A program made the position numbers and the translations under genes. From Nitrospirota bacterium (GTDB lineage: Bacteria; Nitrospirota; Nitrospiria; SBBL01; JAADHI01): a stretch of DNA of 64,000 nucleotides. The notes under the pieces are model-generated. The model did not search any database and had not been told where the DNA came from. It was given only the letters and a program-made list of their open reading frames with translations. Shown one piece after another: positions 38,924-47,979 of this stretch (position 1 is its first letter; every line of letters starts with the position of its first letter). The stretch lies in NCBI GenBank assembly GCA_029261215.1, contig JAJDBT010000096.1, positions 2,366 to 66,365 of the forward strand. Direction: 5' to 3'.

Positions 38924-40725
38924 GCCTCTTCCTCGGAATCAATCGGGAGACTGAGTGTAAAAACAGCCCCTTTTCCGTATTCACTGCGCACTGATATCGT
39001 TCCCTGATGATCTTTCAAAATGCCATAACAAATCGACAAACCAAGTCCGGTGCCTTTCCCAACGGGTTTTGTTGTAAAAAAAGGATCAAAGACCTTTTCC
39101 CGGACTGCAGTTAAAATACCGCTTCCCGAATCTTCTACTTCAAAAATAATATACTGATACTTTCGAGCCGTTCGAATAATGATTTTTTTCTCCTGACTCG
39201 ATTCAAGCGCATCCCTTGCATTTGTTATCAAATTCACAAGCACCTGTTCAATCTCAAGAGGATTTACTTCAAACAAGGGAAGATCTCCCGACAAAGCCAG
39301 TTCCAATAAAATGCCCTGGTGTTCTAATTGTCCTCTCAGCATAATTAAAGACGAATGGACGATTTGATTCGGACTCACCTTTTCCCGTTTTTGAAGACTC
39401 GCATCCCGTCCGAATATTTTCAGGTGTTGAATAATTTCTGCAGCCCGATCCACCTGAGTATTAATCTGTTGAAGATGACTTCCCGCTTTATCCAAGTCCT
39501 CTCTTTCGAGATGGATCTGCCCCAGATCAACGCACATTTTTATGATTTGCAAGGGTTGATTTAACTCATGCGCCACTCCCGTAGACAACTCCCCTAAAGA
39601 AGCGAGTTTCTCAGACTGGATCAGCTGGGCCTGTGTGTCTTTAAGTTTCTGGTTTGCTTTCAATAAACCTTGAGTCATTTGCTCAAACGAGTGTTCCAGG
39701 CTCTTTACCTCATTTTGCTCAATATCAATCGTTTTTTCAGATAAAAATTGATCTGTGATCGCACGCGCCCGATCCGTTATTTTTGAAATAGGGCTTACAA
39801 TATGTTTTGCAAAATAAGATGCAATGAAAATTACCGCCACAAGGAATATAAACATTAAACCGAATAATTCGTTTCTCAATGTATCAATTGGAGCATATGC
39901 TTCGGATTGATCCAGTTTGACCACCAAACCCCACTTTAAGGAATCGCTATATTTTATGGCGGCGAGCACCGGGGCACCACGATAATCAATCGCATCGTCA
40001 ATCAATCGCTCCTTTCTATTTAAAGCTTGAAGCATCGGAGTGAACACCGCCGCCGTTAAAGGGAGTTTTTGAAGTGCAGCGCCTGGATTAAATCTTAATG
40101 GGGCCAAAAAGATGACTTCCCCCGCTTCATCCACTTTTCCCAGAACCGTTTCGCCCGTTTTCCCGAGGCCGGAGTAATCTTGAATGGCCGAAATCAAATT
40201 ATCCACATTAGAGCTGACCAACAAGACTCCGAGGAAGACCCCGTTGAGTTGAAGAGGACCCGAAAAATAGGTTTTTAAGTTTTTTTCGTCATCCAAAAAA
40301 AAATAATCAGCTTTATTTTCGATTTGGCCCTTGATAAAAAAGGATCTTGAAACAAAGTTCTTCCCGATGAAACCTTCGTCAGTAGAAACAAGTACAATGC
40401 CCTTTGGATCGATAATAGAGATTTCTTCAAAAGAAGGGATCGACTTTTGTGCATCTCTCAGGATGATCGTCATTTTTTGTAAAGCGTCTTGGTCCGCTTC
40501 ATGATGAAATCTATTTAGGGTGATTCTTAATTGCGTTCGGCTGGAAATTAAGAGCAAACGTTCCAGATTCTGTTCAATGATGGCTTCAATACGGCTTTTT
40601 TGAATAGAAGCAACGGAGTCCAGATGCTGCAAAATTTCAGAGGTTAAGGAAGATTTGAAACTGACATAAGAGATCATACTTGTCGAAACAAGCGTAATCA
40701 AAGTAATCGAAACTAAGGAACTCAA
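38920..40725 (-). CDS. Sensor histidine kinase with periplasmic Cache-like domain, HAMP, HisKA and HATPase
   Basis: An N-terminal TM, a ~270-aa extracytoplasmic region, a second TM (LFGLMFIFLVAVIFIASYFA), the H-box GVAHELNQPL, and N/G boxes (NLITNARDA, DSGSGI, GTGLGLSI). The start is uncertain: TTG 40725 or in-frame CTG 40746. Confidence 0.85.
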   Translation of the reverse strand: MSSLVSITLITLVSTSMISYVSFKSSLTSEILQHLDSVASIQKSRIEAIIEQNLERLLLISSRTQLRITLNRFHHEADQDALQKMTIILRDAQKSIPSFEEISIIDPKGIVLVSTDEGFIGKNFVSRSFFIKGQIENKADYFFLDDEKNLKTYFSGPLQLNGVFLGVLLVSSNVDNLISAIQDYSGLGKTGETVLGKVDEAGEVIFLAPLRFNPGAALQKLPLTAAVFTPMLQALNRKERLIDDAIDYRGAPVLAAIKYSDSLKWGLVVKLDQSEAYAPIDTLRNELFGLMFIFLVAVIFIASYFAKHIVSPISKITDRARAITDQFLSEKTIDIEQNEVKSLEHSFEQMTQGLLKANQKLKDTQAQLIQSEKLASLGELSTGVAHELNQPLQIIKMCVDLGQIHLEREDLDKAGSHLQQINTQVDRAAEIIQHLKIFGRDASLQKREKVSPNQIVHSSLIMLRGQLEHQGILLELALSGDLPLFEVNPLEIEQVLVNLITNARDALESSQEKKIIIRTARKYQYIIFEVEDSGSGILTAVREKVFDPFFTTKPVGKGTGLGLSICYGILKDHQGTISVRSEYGKGAVFTLSLPIDSEEEA

Positions 40726-40813
40726 TATTTTTGTCTTTATATTCAGCGAGCACCCTCTCTATTTCAAACTACTTCAAACACATCTCCCGTTTATAGTGAT
40801 TAAATGAAATCCA

Positions 40814-40858
40814 TTCCCATAGGGTTTCTACGCGAATGAGGTAGAAACCCTATGGGAA
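40814..40858. repeat. 18-bp perfect inverted repeat with 9-nt spacer
   Basis: ttcccatagggtttctac (40814-40831) and gtagaaaccctatgggaa (40841-40858). It lies between the Gly-rich protein gene and the kinase start. It could be a terminator or an operator. Confidence 0.6.
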
Positions 40859-41051
40859 CCATATCGTTAACATAACACTAAAAAAATCATCGGGAAAGCC
40901 TTTAACGCGTTATCAGCCCCTATTTTTAGAGACATGACTGAAAGCTTCCTTTTCATTATTATCTTCTGAAAAGTATCCAGACCGATCAGATAAAGGATAT
41001 GGGAAATCATCCACAAAAAGAATGGGAAAGAAATAACAAAACATTCAGGAT

Positions 41052-42104
41052 TTATGGGCCAAACCCGCCGGCGCTGCCAAGCCCGCCACCATTTGGAAAG
41101 TTTGTGGAGATTCCGCTGCTGAAAGAATCACTGCCACTCCCGCCCCAGCGTTCCCAATTGATGGGGGTCAGCTGAAAAGCATCGCTATCGTGTGTTGGAA
41201 TTGAGGGCCTGTCCCCGCCTGAGCCACTCCCGGAACAGCCGCCGCGAGAGCCCTGATCACTGTTAAAGCCCATCCGGGCACTGGGATCACCAAAGTCGTT
41301 GCAACGGCTAAAATTAAGGAGCTGGTTGTTGCTCGGATCGATAATCTTCACGGCCTCCAGATCATTCCACCAGTCAATATTTCCGTTATTGCCGCCACCC
41401 AATGGAATGCTTGTGGCCACATCATGGGAAAGGTCCCCCGGAGACAGGGTAAAAAACTCACTGTCAGTAATATCATTCGGCATGACACCGGTAAAACTGG
41501 TCATCCACATACCAATGTCCTGACGGGTCAAGACTTTACTACTGGCCGTGTCAAAAAAAGGAACCTGGCTAAAATGCATATCCATCTGATTTAGTCCATT
41601 CGTCAAGGGTGCCACGTTTTTTTCAGTGATATCTGAATGGATACTGATGGGCTGCCTAAAGCTATCTATCATTGTCGTCTCATTTAATCCAAAAGCAGGG
41701 TCGGTAATCTCTTGACGAAAAATAATATCTCCTGTGCCGATATCTACATAACTTTCCAGAGTAAAGTCTGAAGCAGACATGAGCTGATGAAAAAAGGAGT
41801 CGCCATTGCCGTCGGTCACTTTTTGTTGTAAAAAACCCGGACTTTCAATCACATCTTCAACAATCAGCCCGGAAACGGTCGCTGGATCGATGCCCCAAGG
41901 GGCAGGCGCATCAGATGCAAGCGGCGTCACCGAAGATGAAGGAAGCGTTCTTGAAATATTTCCGCCCCCGCTGCCACCGCCAAACTGAGCCTGAACAGAA
42001 TAGGGAAATATGAACAACAAAGAGAACAACAAGAAAAAAACAATCAGAAACCTTGCCTGTTTTCCATGATATTTTGATAGATAAAACCCTTTTAGAAGAA
42101 ACAT
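41052..42104 (-). CDS. Secreted protein of unknown function with Gly-rich termini
   Basis: Signal peptide (...FIFPYSVQA/QF), then GGGSGGGN. The C-terminus carries GGCSGSGSGG and GGGLGSAGGFGP. I recognise no family. Confidence 0.6.
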   Translation of the reverse strand: MFLLKGFYLSKYHGKQARFLIVFFLLFSLLFIFPYSVQAQFGGGSGGGNISRTLPSSSVTPLASDAPAPWGIDPATVSGLIVEDVIESPGFLQQKVTDGNGDSFFHQLMSASDFTLESYVDIGTGDIIFRQEITDPAFGLNETTMIDSFRQPISIHSDITEKNVAPLTNGLNQMDMHFSQVPFFDTASSKVLTRQDIGMWMTSFTGVMPNDITDSEFFTLSPGDLSHDVATSIPLGGGNNGNIDWWNDLEAVKIIDPSNNQLLNFSRCNDFGDPSARMGFNSDQGSRGGCSGSGSGGDRPSIPTHDSDAFQLTPINWERWGGSGSDSFSSGISTNFPNGGGLGSAGGFGP

Positions 42105-42237
42105 GTCAGCCCTTTCTGATCACAGCAGATCTCTCCTCATCAATTTTCCTGCTCTTATAATATTAGCAGAAGTTCGAAAACCTGCTGTTTTCCAGAAAAA
42201 ACTAAAAGGATGTTCTCAGAAAGGGTTTTGTTCCGCT

Positions 42238-45200
42238 TCAATTTGTTAATGTCGGCGGTTCTGCTTGCACCGCCAACTCCGGCTTACTGGCAAACCACTT
42301 GTAAAGCGAAGGCACCACCAGGAGAGTCAAAATGGTCGAAGTCACCAGGCCCCCAATGACCACAGTCGCCAGCGGCCGCTGCACTTCACTGCCCGTGCCT
42401 GAAGAAAAAAGCAGGGGAATCAATCCCAAGGCCGTCGTAATGGCCGTCATCAAGACGGGCCGCAGCCTTCGGCATGCCCCTTGAATGGACGCTTTGTCGA
42501 TTGAAATCCCCTCCTGCAACAGCTCGTTTAAATAAGTCACCAGAACCATGCCGTTTTCCAGGGCGATACCAAAAAGGGCAATAAACCCGACCGAAGCCGG
42601 AACGGAGAGGTTTTGCCCGCTCAGCCAAAGACCAATGACCCCGCCGACCAGTGCCAGCGGAATATTGAGAAGGATAAGTATGGCATTTTTGAGGGAATTA
42701 AAGCTCATAAAGAGGAGAAAAAAAACAATGCCCAAGGTTACGGGCACGACGAGCATGAGACGTTTATTGGCCTCTTGCTGCAACTCAAATTGCCCGCCCC
42801 AGGTCACCAGGTAACCGGGAGGCATTTTTACTTTTTGATCAATCGCAGACTGGGCTTCAGCAACAAATGATCCCATGTCACGACCGCGCACATTGGTCTG
42901 TACGGTGATGAAACGCTGGTTGTCTTCACGTGTGATCTGTCTCGGACCCACAAGTTCATCGATCACCGCGAGGTCAGACAAGGGCACCATGACGCCTTCG
43001 GGCGAAGGGATCAGAATCTGTCGGATGGCTTCCGCCCTGTCTCGACTCTTCGCTTCGTAACGCACAAGAATATCAAAACGCGGAATCCCTTCAAAAATCT
43101 GCCCCGCTTTTTCACCGCCAACAGCCATTCGAATCATCCCTTGCACATCTTCGACATTGATGCCATAACGAGCGATGGCCTCCCGATCCACGATAATGCG
43201 CAACTGCGGCGTGCCGGTGACCTGATCTTTTTGCACATCGGCAGAACCCGGCACCGCGCGAATCACGGCTTCAATTTCAGCAGATTTTTCTTTCAAGACC
43301 TCCATGTCTTCCCCAAAAATCTTGATCGCGAGTTCCGCTTTTGTGCCGGTGAGCAACTCATCCACGGCTGCTGCAATCGGCTGCGTAAAGTTAAAACGCA
43401 CACCCGGAAAATTTTCAAAAGCCTCACTCATCAAGGCATAGAGTGCGTCAGGTGTTTTGGCACTTGTCCATTCTTCCTGAGGTTTCAGACCTACAAAGGC
43501 TTCCGCATTGTTTACCGGATCGGCATGTGCGCCGACCTCTCCGCGACCGACACGCGAGACCACGCGAATAACTTCCGGAAACTTCTCTTTTAAACGACGT
43601 TCAAATCGTGTGATGGTTTTCGCCGCCTCATCCAGAGAAATTGAAGGAGCCATTGTGGCGCGAACCAATAAATCCCCTTCGTTTAAACGCGGGACAAATT
43701 CAGATCCGAGTTGGCCAAAAATGACCACACCACTCACAAGCATCAGCATCGCCAAAACCACTGCAAACATGCGATGCTGGACAAAGAGTGTCACGAGCGG
43801 ACGATAGGGAACCAACAGCATCCTGACCACAACGCTTTCTTTTCCCTCGCCGTCTCCCTTTGGCCGCCGCATTAAAAAGCTTGAAATGACCGGCGACAAC
43901 AAAATCGCAAAAATGAGTGATCCGCCCATCGCCAGCGCCACGGTATAGGCCAGGGGTTTGAAGGTCTTGCCCTCGACCCCTTGAAGGGTAAAGAGCGGTA
44001 GAAAAACGATAATAATGATGGCAATGGCAAAAAGAATCGGACGCGCAACTTCTGCACTGGCCCGTGAGATGACATGCATACGTGATTCCGTTGGATTCGA
44101 ATCTCTCAGACGCTGATCTACATTTTCCACCATCACGATGGTGCCATCCACCATCATGCCGATGGCGATGGCCAGACCGCCCAATGACATGAGGTTGGCA
44201 GAGATATCGTAAAGATTCATCATGATGAACGCGAAAAAAATCGAAAAGGGAATCGAAAGCGCCACAACAATGCTGGGCCGAATGCCTCCCATAAAGACAA
44301 GCAATACGAGCGCAACCAGCACAATGCCTTGAAACAGAGCCTCAGTGACCGTCTGCACGCACTTCGCCACGAGGGTCGCCTGGTCATAGTACGGCACCAC
44401 TTTGATCCCCGGAGGGAGGATCTTGTTTATTTCTTCCATCCTGATTTTGGCATCACGGATCACGTTTGAGGTATTGCTGCCAATGAGTTTCAGCACCATG
44501 CCCACAACCGTTTCGCCCTGGCCATCCCGCGTCGCGAGCCCCTGTCTGGTTTCTCCGCCAATCTCGATATCCGCAATCTGCGCCAAAAAGATCGGCGTGC
44601 CATCGATGGACTTCACAATAATCCGCTGCAAATCAGGAATGGAGGTCGCCAGACCAACGGAACGGATCAGAAATTGCTCGGCGTCTTTCACGATGTACTG
44701 CGCGCCGACATTGGCATTGTTCGCCTTGACCGCCTCGACAATTTCATTCAGGGAAAGCTTGTAGCGCAGCAAATCGCTGGGGCGGACAAGGACCTGAAAC
44801 TGTTTGACCTCCCCGCCCAAAGAAAGCACTTCGGTAATACCGGGAACCGTTTGAAGATTGAATTTAATCAACCAGTCGGCGATTTTCCGCATTTCTTCGG
44901 CACTGCGGTTTCCTGTTTCATCCTCAACAAAAAAGAAAAGAATTTGACCCAGACCGGTCGAAATCGGCCCCATTTCCGGTTCTCCAAAACCCTCAGGAAT
45001 GGACTCCCGTGCAAGCTGAAGACGTTCATTCACAAGCTGACGTGCAAAGTAGATATCCGTCCCGTCTTCAAAATAGATATTCACAACAGAGAGGCCAAAA
45101 TTTGAAACAGAACGAATTTTCTTAAGATCGGGTAAACCGTTCATCGCCACCTCGACGGGATAAGTCACGTAGCGTTCCACTTCTTCAGGCGCGAGCCCCT

Positions 45201-45360
45201 CAGTTTCGGTAAAAACCTGCACCAGCGCCGGGGTCACATCCGGGAAAGCATCGACCGGAAGTTTCAAATAACTGGCATAGCCCCCGGCCAAAACAAGACA
45301 CGCTAAAACGAGCATTAACAGGCGGTTTTTCAGTGTAAAATCAATGAGTTTCTGCATCAT
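42238..45360 (-). CDS. czcA: Heavy-metal-efflux (HME) RND inner-membrane pump, CzcA/CusA family
   Basis: A 1040-aa protein with 12-TM RND topology, and N-terminal LIDFTLKNRLLMLVLACLVLAGGYASYLKLPVDAFPDVTP typical of the CzcA/CusA family. Metal specificity cannot be determined from sequence. Confidence 0.92.
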   Translation of the reverse strand: MMQKLIDFTLKNRLLMLVLACLVLAGGYASYLKLPVDAFPDVTPALVQVFTETEGLAPEEVERYVTYPVEVAMNGLPDLKKIRSVSNFGLSVVNIYFEDGTDIYFARQLVNERLQLARESIPEGFGEPEMGPISTGLGQILFFFVEDETGNRSAEEMRKIADWLIKFNLQTVPGITEVLSLGGEVKQFQVLVRPSDLLRYKLSLNEIVEAVKANNANVGAQYIVKDAEQFLIRSVGLATSIPDLQRIIVKSIDGTPIFLAQIADIEIGGETRQGLATRDGQGETVVGMVLKLIGSNTSNVIRDAKIRMEEINKILPPGIKVVPYYDQATLVAKCVQTVTEALFQGIVLVALVLLVFMGGIRPSIVVALSIPFSIFFAFIMMNLYDISANLMSLGGLAIAIGMMVDGTIVMVENVDQRLRDSNPTESRMHVISRASAEVARPILFAIAIIIIVFLPLFTLQGVEGKTFKPLAYTVALAMGGSLIFAILLSPVISSFLMRRPKGDGEGKESVVVRMLLVPYRPLVTLFVQHRMFAVVLAMLMLVSGVVIFGQLGSEFVPRLNEGDLLVRATMAPSISLDEAAKTITRFERRLKEKFPEVIRVVSRVGRGEVGAHADPVNNAEAFVGLKPQEEWTSAKTPDALYALMSEAFENFPGVRFNFTQPIAAAVDELLTGTKAELAIKIFGEDMEVLKEKSAEIEAVIRAVPGSADVQKDQVTGTPQLRIIVDREAIARYGINVEDVQGMIRMAVGGEKAGQIFEGIPRFDILVRYEAKSRDRAEAIRQILIPSPEGVMVPLSDLAVIDELVGPRQITREDNQRFITVQTNVRGRDMGSFVAEAQSAIDQKVKMPPGYLVTWGGQFELQQEANKRLMLVVPVTLGIVFFLLFMSFNSLKNAILILLNIPLALVGGVIGLWLSGQNLSVPASVGFIALFGIALENGMVLVTYLNELLQEGISIDKASIQGACRRLRPVLMTAITTALGLIPLLFSSGTGSEVQRPLATVVIGGLVTSTILTLLVVPSLYKWFASKPELAVQAEPPTLTN

Positions 45361-45394
45361 TATCGTCCTTTATCTTGGAGGGGCCTTCATCTCA

Positions 45395-45498
45395 TGTAGG
45401 GGCAGGTTTCAAACCTGCCCTGTATTTCGTTTTTTGTCTATCCCACCGTATATGTCAATACTGTCCCACGATAGGGGCGGGTTTAAAACCCGCCCATA
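45395..45498. repeat. Two REP-like GC-rich hairpin elements in the czcB-czcA spacer
   Basis: Copy 1 is gtaGGGGCAGGTTTcAAACCTGCCCtgta (45397-45424). Copy 2 is ataGGGGCGGGTTTaAAACCCGCCCatac (45471-45498). Each has a 10-bp stem. The track ORF 45375..45563 is a translation artefact of these elements. Confidence 0.7.
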
Positions 45499-45507
45499 CA
45501 AAAACAT

Positions 45508-46830
45508 TCAATGATTGTGGCCATCTCCCAAATTTCCTTTTTCAAGCTGTGCGCGGAGTGTAAATCCCCCTTCGACAACCACCTCATCTCCGAGATTAAT
45601 GCCCTCAATAATCTCAATCTGCTGATCATCGCTTCGCCCAAGCTTCACAGGCCTCGGTCTCAGCTCGCCGTCTGAAAGCACAAAGAGCACGGTGCCATCC
45701 TCCAACTTTTGAAGGCCGGACTTTGGAACGACAAGGTTCACCTCAAATTCATCCACTGCGATCTTCGCATTCACAAAAAGACCGGGACGCCACTGACCGT
45801 CTTTATTCGGAAGAACGATACGCGCCAAGGCCGTGCGGGTCGCTTCACCAATGACAGAACCAAGATATAAAACCGTACCTGTCATTTTGATATTCCCCTG
45901 TGTCGCCTCGACCACAACCGATTGGCCTTCAGCCACCAAAGGCAGGTCTTTTTGATAAACAGAAAGATCGACCCAAACGCTTGAGAGATCGGCGATGATA
46001 AAGGCATCCGCATCATCTTTTAAAAACTCGCCAAGCGTGATGTGTTTTTCGATCACGGTTCCTGAAAAAGGGGCGATAATGTGATATTGCGTGAAGGATT
46101 CTTCGGGGTGATTCGGCAGCTCATCCAGATAACGATTTGAAAACCCGAGCGCGTGCAGTTTTTGCTCGGCAGATCGACGCTCAATGCGCGTTTCGGCCAA
46201 TATCTGTTTGGCTTCAAGATATTCCTGCTCGGATGAAATTTTCTTTTGAAACAGGGCTTCTTCACGCTCAAAATTGGATTTTGCCAGAGCGACCCGTTCG
46301 CTTGCGGCCAAAAAAGTGGCCTTGCTATCGGAGAGTTCCCGGCTGTCCAAAACCGCCATCACCTCCCCCTTTTTCACCCGATGGCCCAAACCTTTTAAGA
46401 CTTTCCGTACAACCCCTGAAACACGGGGTACAAGATGCGCCAGCCGATCTCCGTTGGGCCGGACTTCTCCGGTCAAGCTGACAGAGCGGTATAGTTTGCC
46501 CGAAGAAGCCGGGGCGAGTTTTATCCCAAATTCATCCATTTCGGCTTCGGAAAGTTTGATGCCCTCCGCCTCGTCATCGTGATCATCGTGCTCGTCTTTA
46601 GCCCCATGAGTGTCTTCGTCGTCATGATCATCATGATCTGCTTCGCCCTCTCTATGATTCGCTTCCTCATTGTAGCTTTCCAAATCTCCGCCTGAAACGA
46701 GGGTCGTATTAGATGATTTTTTTCCAGACTGAAACCAAAAAATCCCTGCCATGATAAACAAAAGAACGAGAATCACCGCGAGAATACGTCGCCCTCTATT
46801 TTCATGCGTTTCTTGTTTTTTAGAATCCAT
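45508..46830 (-). CDS. czcB: RND periplasmic adaptor (CzcB/CusB family) with His/Asp-rich N-terminal extension
   Basis: TM anchor, then HREGEADHDDHDDEDTHGAKDEHDDHDDE, then lipoyl, hairpin and beta-barrel regions (GEVRPNGDRLAHLVPRVSGVV...). The C-terminal tail is GDGHNH. Confidence 0.85.
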   Translation of the reverse strand: MDSKKQETHENRGRRILAVILVLLFIMAGIFWFQSGKKSSNTTLVSGGDLESYNEEANHREGEADHDDHDDEDTHGAKDEHDDHDDEAEGIKLSEAEMDEFGIKLAPASSGKLYRSVSLTGEVRPNGDRLAHLVPRVSGVVRKVLKGLGHRVKKGEVMAVLDSRELSDSKATFLAASERVALAKSNFEREEALFQKKISSEQEYLEAKQILAETRIERRSAEQKLHALGFSNRYLDELPNHPEESFTQYHIIAPFSGTVIEKHITLGEFLKDDADAFIIADLSSVWVDLSVYQKDLPLVAEGQSVVVEATQGNIKMTGTVLYLGSVIGEATRTALARIVLPNKDGQWRPGLFVNAKIAVDEFEVNLVVPKSGLQKLEDGTVLFVLSDGELRPRPVKLGRSDDQQIEIIEGINLGDEVVVEGGFTLRAQLEKGNLGDGHNH

Positions 46831-46859
46831 CGTTCTTCTCCTTCATGAAGGGTCCCCCC

Positions 46860-47123
46860 CTACTTTAATTTTTCTGAGATGAGGCGCTCCACATCCACAA
46901 CTGCTTTGTAATAGTCTATTTGCACCTGAAGAGCCTGAAACACAGCCTCTGGCGTCTTTTTTTCTAAGGCATTCACTTGTGGTCTTGGCAGAGCCTTACC
47001 AAGCGGTCTTGGCAAAGTCATTTTTGATTTGAGTGGCGGCCCTGTGTTCAGACAGGCCGTGAGGGTGAAACCAGTTAAAAGAAGTCCTAAATTACAAACG
47101 GATATCGACATACTTTCCTCCAA
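46860..47123 (-). pseudogene. Possible truncated outer-membrane-factor (CzcC/TolC-family) remnant encoding a short lipoprotein
   Basis: It sits where czcC is expected in a czcCBA operon. It has a lipobox (LTAC) and a tail QALQVQIDYYKAVVDVERLISEKL resembling the extreme C-terminus of OMF proteins. At 87 aa it lacks the ~400-aa barrel and helix body. Confidence 0.35.
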
Positions 47124-47181
47124 AAAAGTGGGGCGCTCTCGTCATAAAAAACGAGATTAAAAACACCAAATTTTGGAAGAA

Positions 47182-47733
47182 TCAGATAATCAGGACGGTG
47201 CTGGGGATGGGGATCGAGATTCGTTTTGTGTGATTGAAAGAAATTCTATTTTGATTGACAAAAAAATCCCCCGAGATCAAGGGAGTCACACTCAACACCA
47301 TAAGCGAGGCGAGGACGGGCGGCTGAACCGTACGCACATCGATTTGCGTGCCAGGTTTTTCCTTAAATAACGGGATTTGAATCTTATGATCCGTATGGGC
47401 TGTCTCATCGGATCCATCAATGGCGTAGAGCTGATCAAACAAGTCATGGTGGTGGGCTTTGTTTGTTTTTAGATCATGCGCGTCCCGATTACCTGTATGG
47501 TGCAGGACAACTTGAATTTGGTTTTTTTCTTGATGAATGAAGAGTGGATGGCTGTCGGCAACTTTACTTAAAAGAAAAGGCAATGATTGGAAAATGCCGG
47601 AAGAGGCAATCAGAAAAAGGACAAGCAACATCTTTGTGACGGTTTTTTTCTTAGCCTGACTTATAAACATTTTCTTCAAAAACGTAATACCTTCCGGGAA
47701 AAGCGATCTAAATTCAGCATCAATATAACGCAA
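47182..47733 (-). CDS. Hypothetical membrane-anchored His-rich protein upstream of the efflux genes
   Basis: One TM (MLLVLFLIASSGIFQSLPFLL) followed by His clusters (VLHHTGNRDAHDLKTNKAHHHD, ETAHTDHK). No family recognised. Confidence 0.45.
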   Translation of the reverse strand: MRYIDAEFRSLFPEGITFLKKMFISQAKKKTVTKMLLVLFLIASSGIFQSLPFLLSKVADSHPLFIHQEKNQIQVVLHHTGNRDAHDLKTNKAHHHDLFDQLYAIDGSDETAHTDHKIQIPLFKEKPGTQIDVRTVQPPVLASLMVLSVTPLISGDFFVNQNRISFNHTKRISIPIPSTVLII

Positions 47734-47752
47734 ATTCTCCTTACCGACAAGT

Positions 47753-47923
47753 TCATCCTTCAGACTCGCTTATTCCCTCATCGGCTTCTTCAACGGGCAC
47801 ACTGTAGGCCCCTTCGGACCAAAGGCCCAGATCAGTTAATTTGCATCGCTCGGAGCAAAAAGGCCGATAGACATTTCCCTCCCAGGTTGTTTTTGTTTTA
47901 CAGATTGGACACACAATTTCCAT
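47753..47923 (-). CDS. yacG: DNA gyrase inhibitor YacG (zinc-finger protein)
   Basis: A 56-aa ORF below the track cutoff: MEIVCPICKTKTTWEGNVYRPFCSERCKLTDLGLWSEGAYSVP... carries the CPxC...PFCSxRCxxxDLGxW signature. The track shows only an opposite-strand shadow ORF (47587..47925). Confidence 0.8.
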   Translation of the reverse strand: MEIVCPICKTKTTWEGNVYRPFCSERCKLTDLGLWSEGAYSVPVEEADEGISESEG

Positions 47924-47979
47924 GATATGGGATCTCTCAAGTTAAAAAGAATAACCGGGTTAAAAAATGGGAGAAAACC

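Noticed and set aside
45375-45563. A 62-aa plus-strand ORF (…VGAGFKPALY…IGAGLKPAHT…).
   Set aside because: It is the translation of the two REP-like hairpins in the czcB-czcA spacer. The repeated GAGFKPA / GAGLKPA peptides are an artefact of the repeat and do not indicate a gene.
42238-46830. Possible horizontally acquired czc island, based on apparently higher GC.
   Set aside because: Hand counts of single 60-nt lines vary widely. I counted 33/60 and 37/60 G+C in czcA, 25/60 in czcB, 34/60 in the GlcD-F gene and 16/60 in cheR. No reliable compositional boundary can be called by eye, and a sliding-window GC or k-mer analysis is needed.
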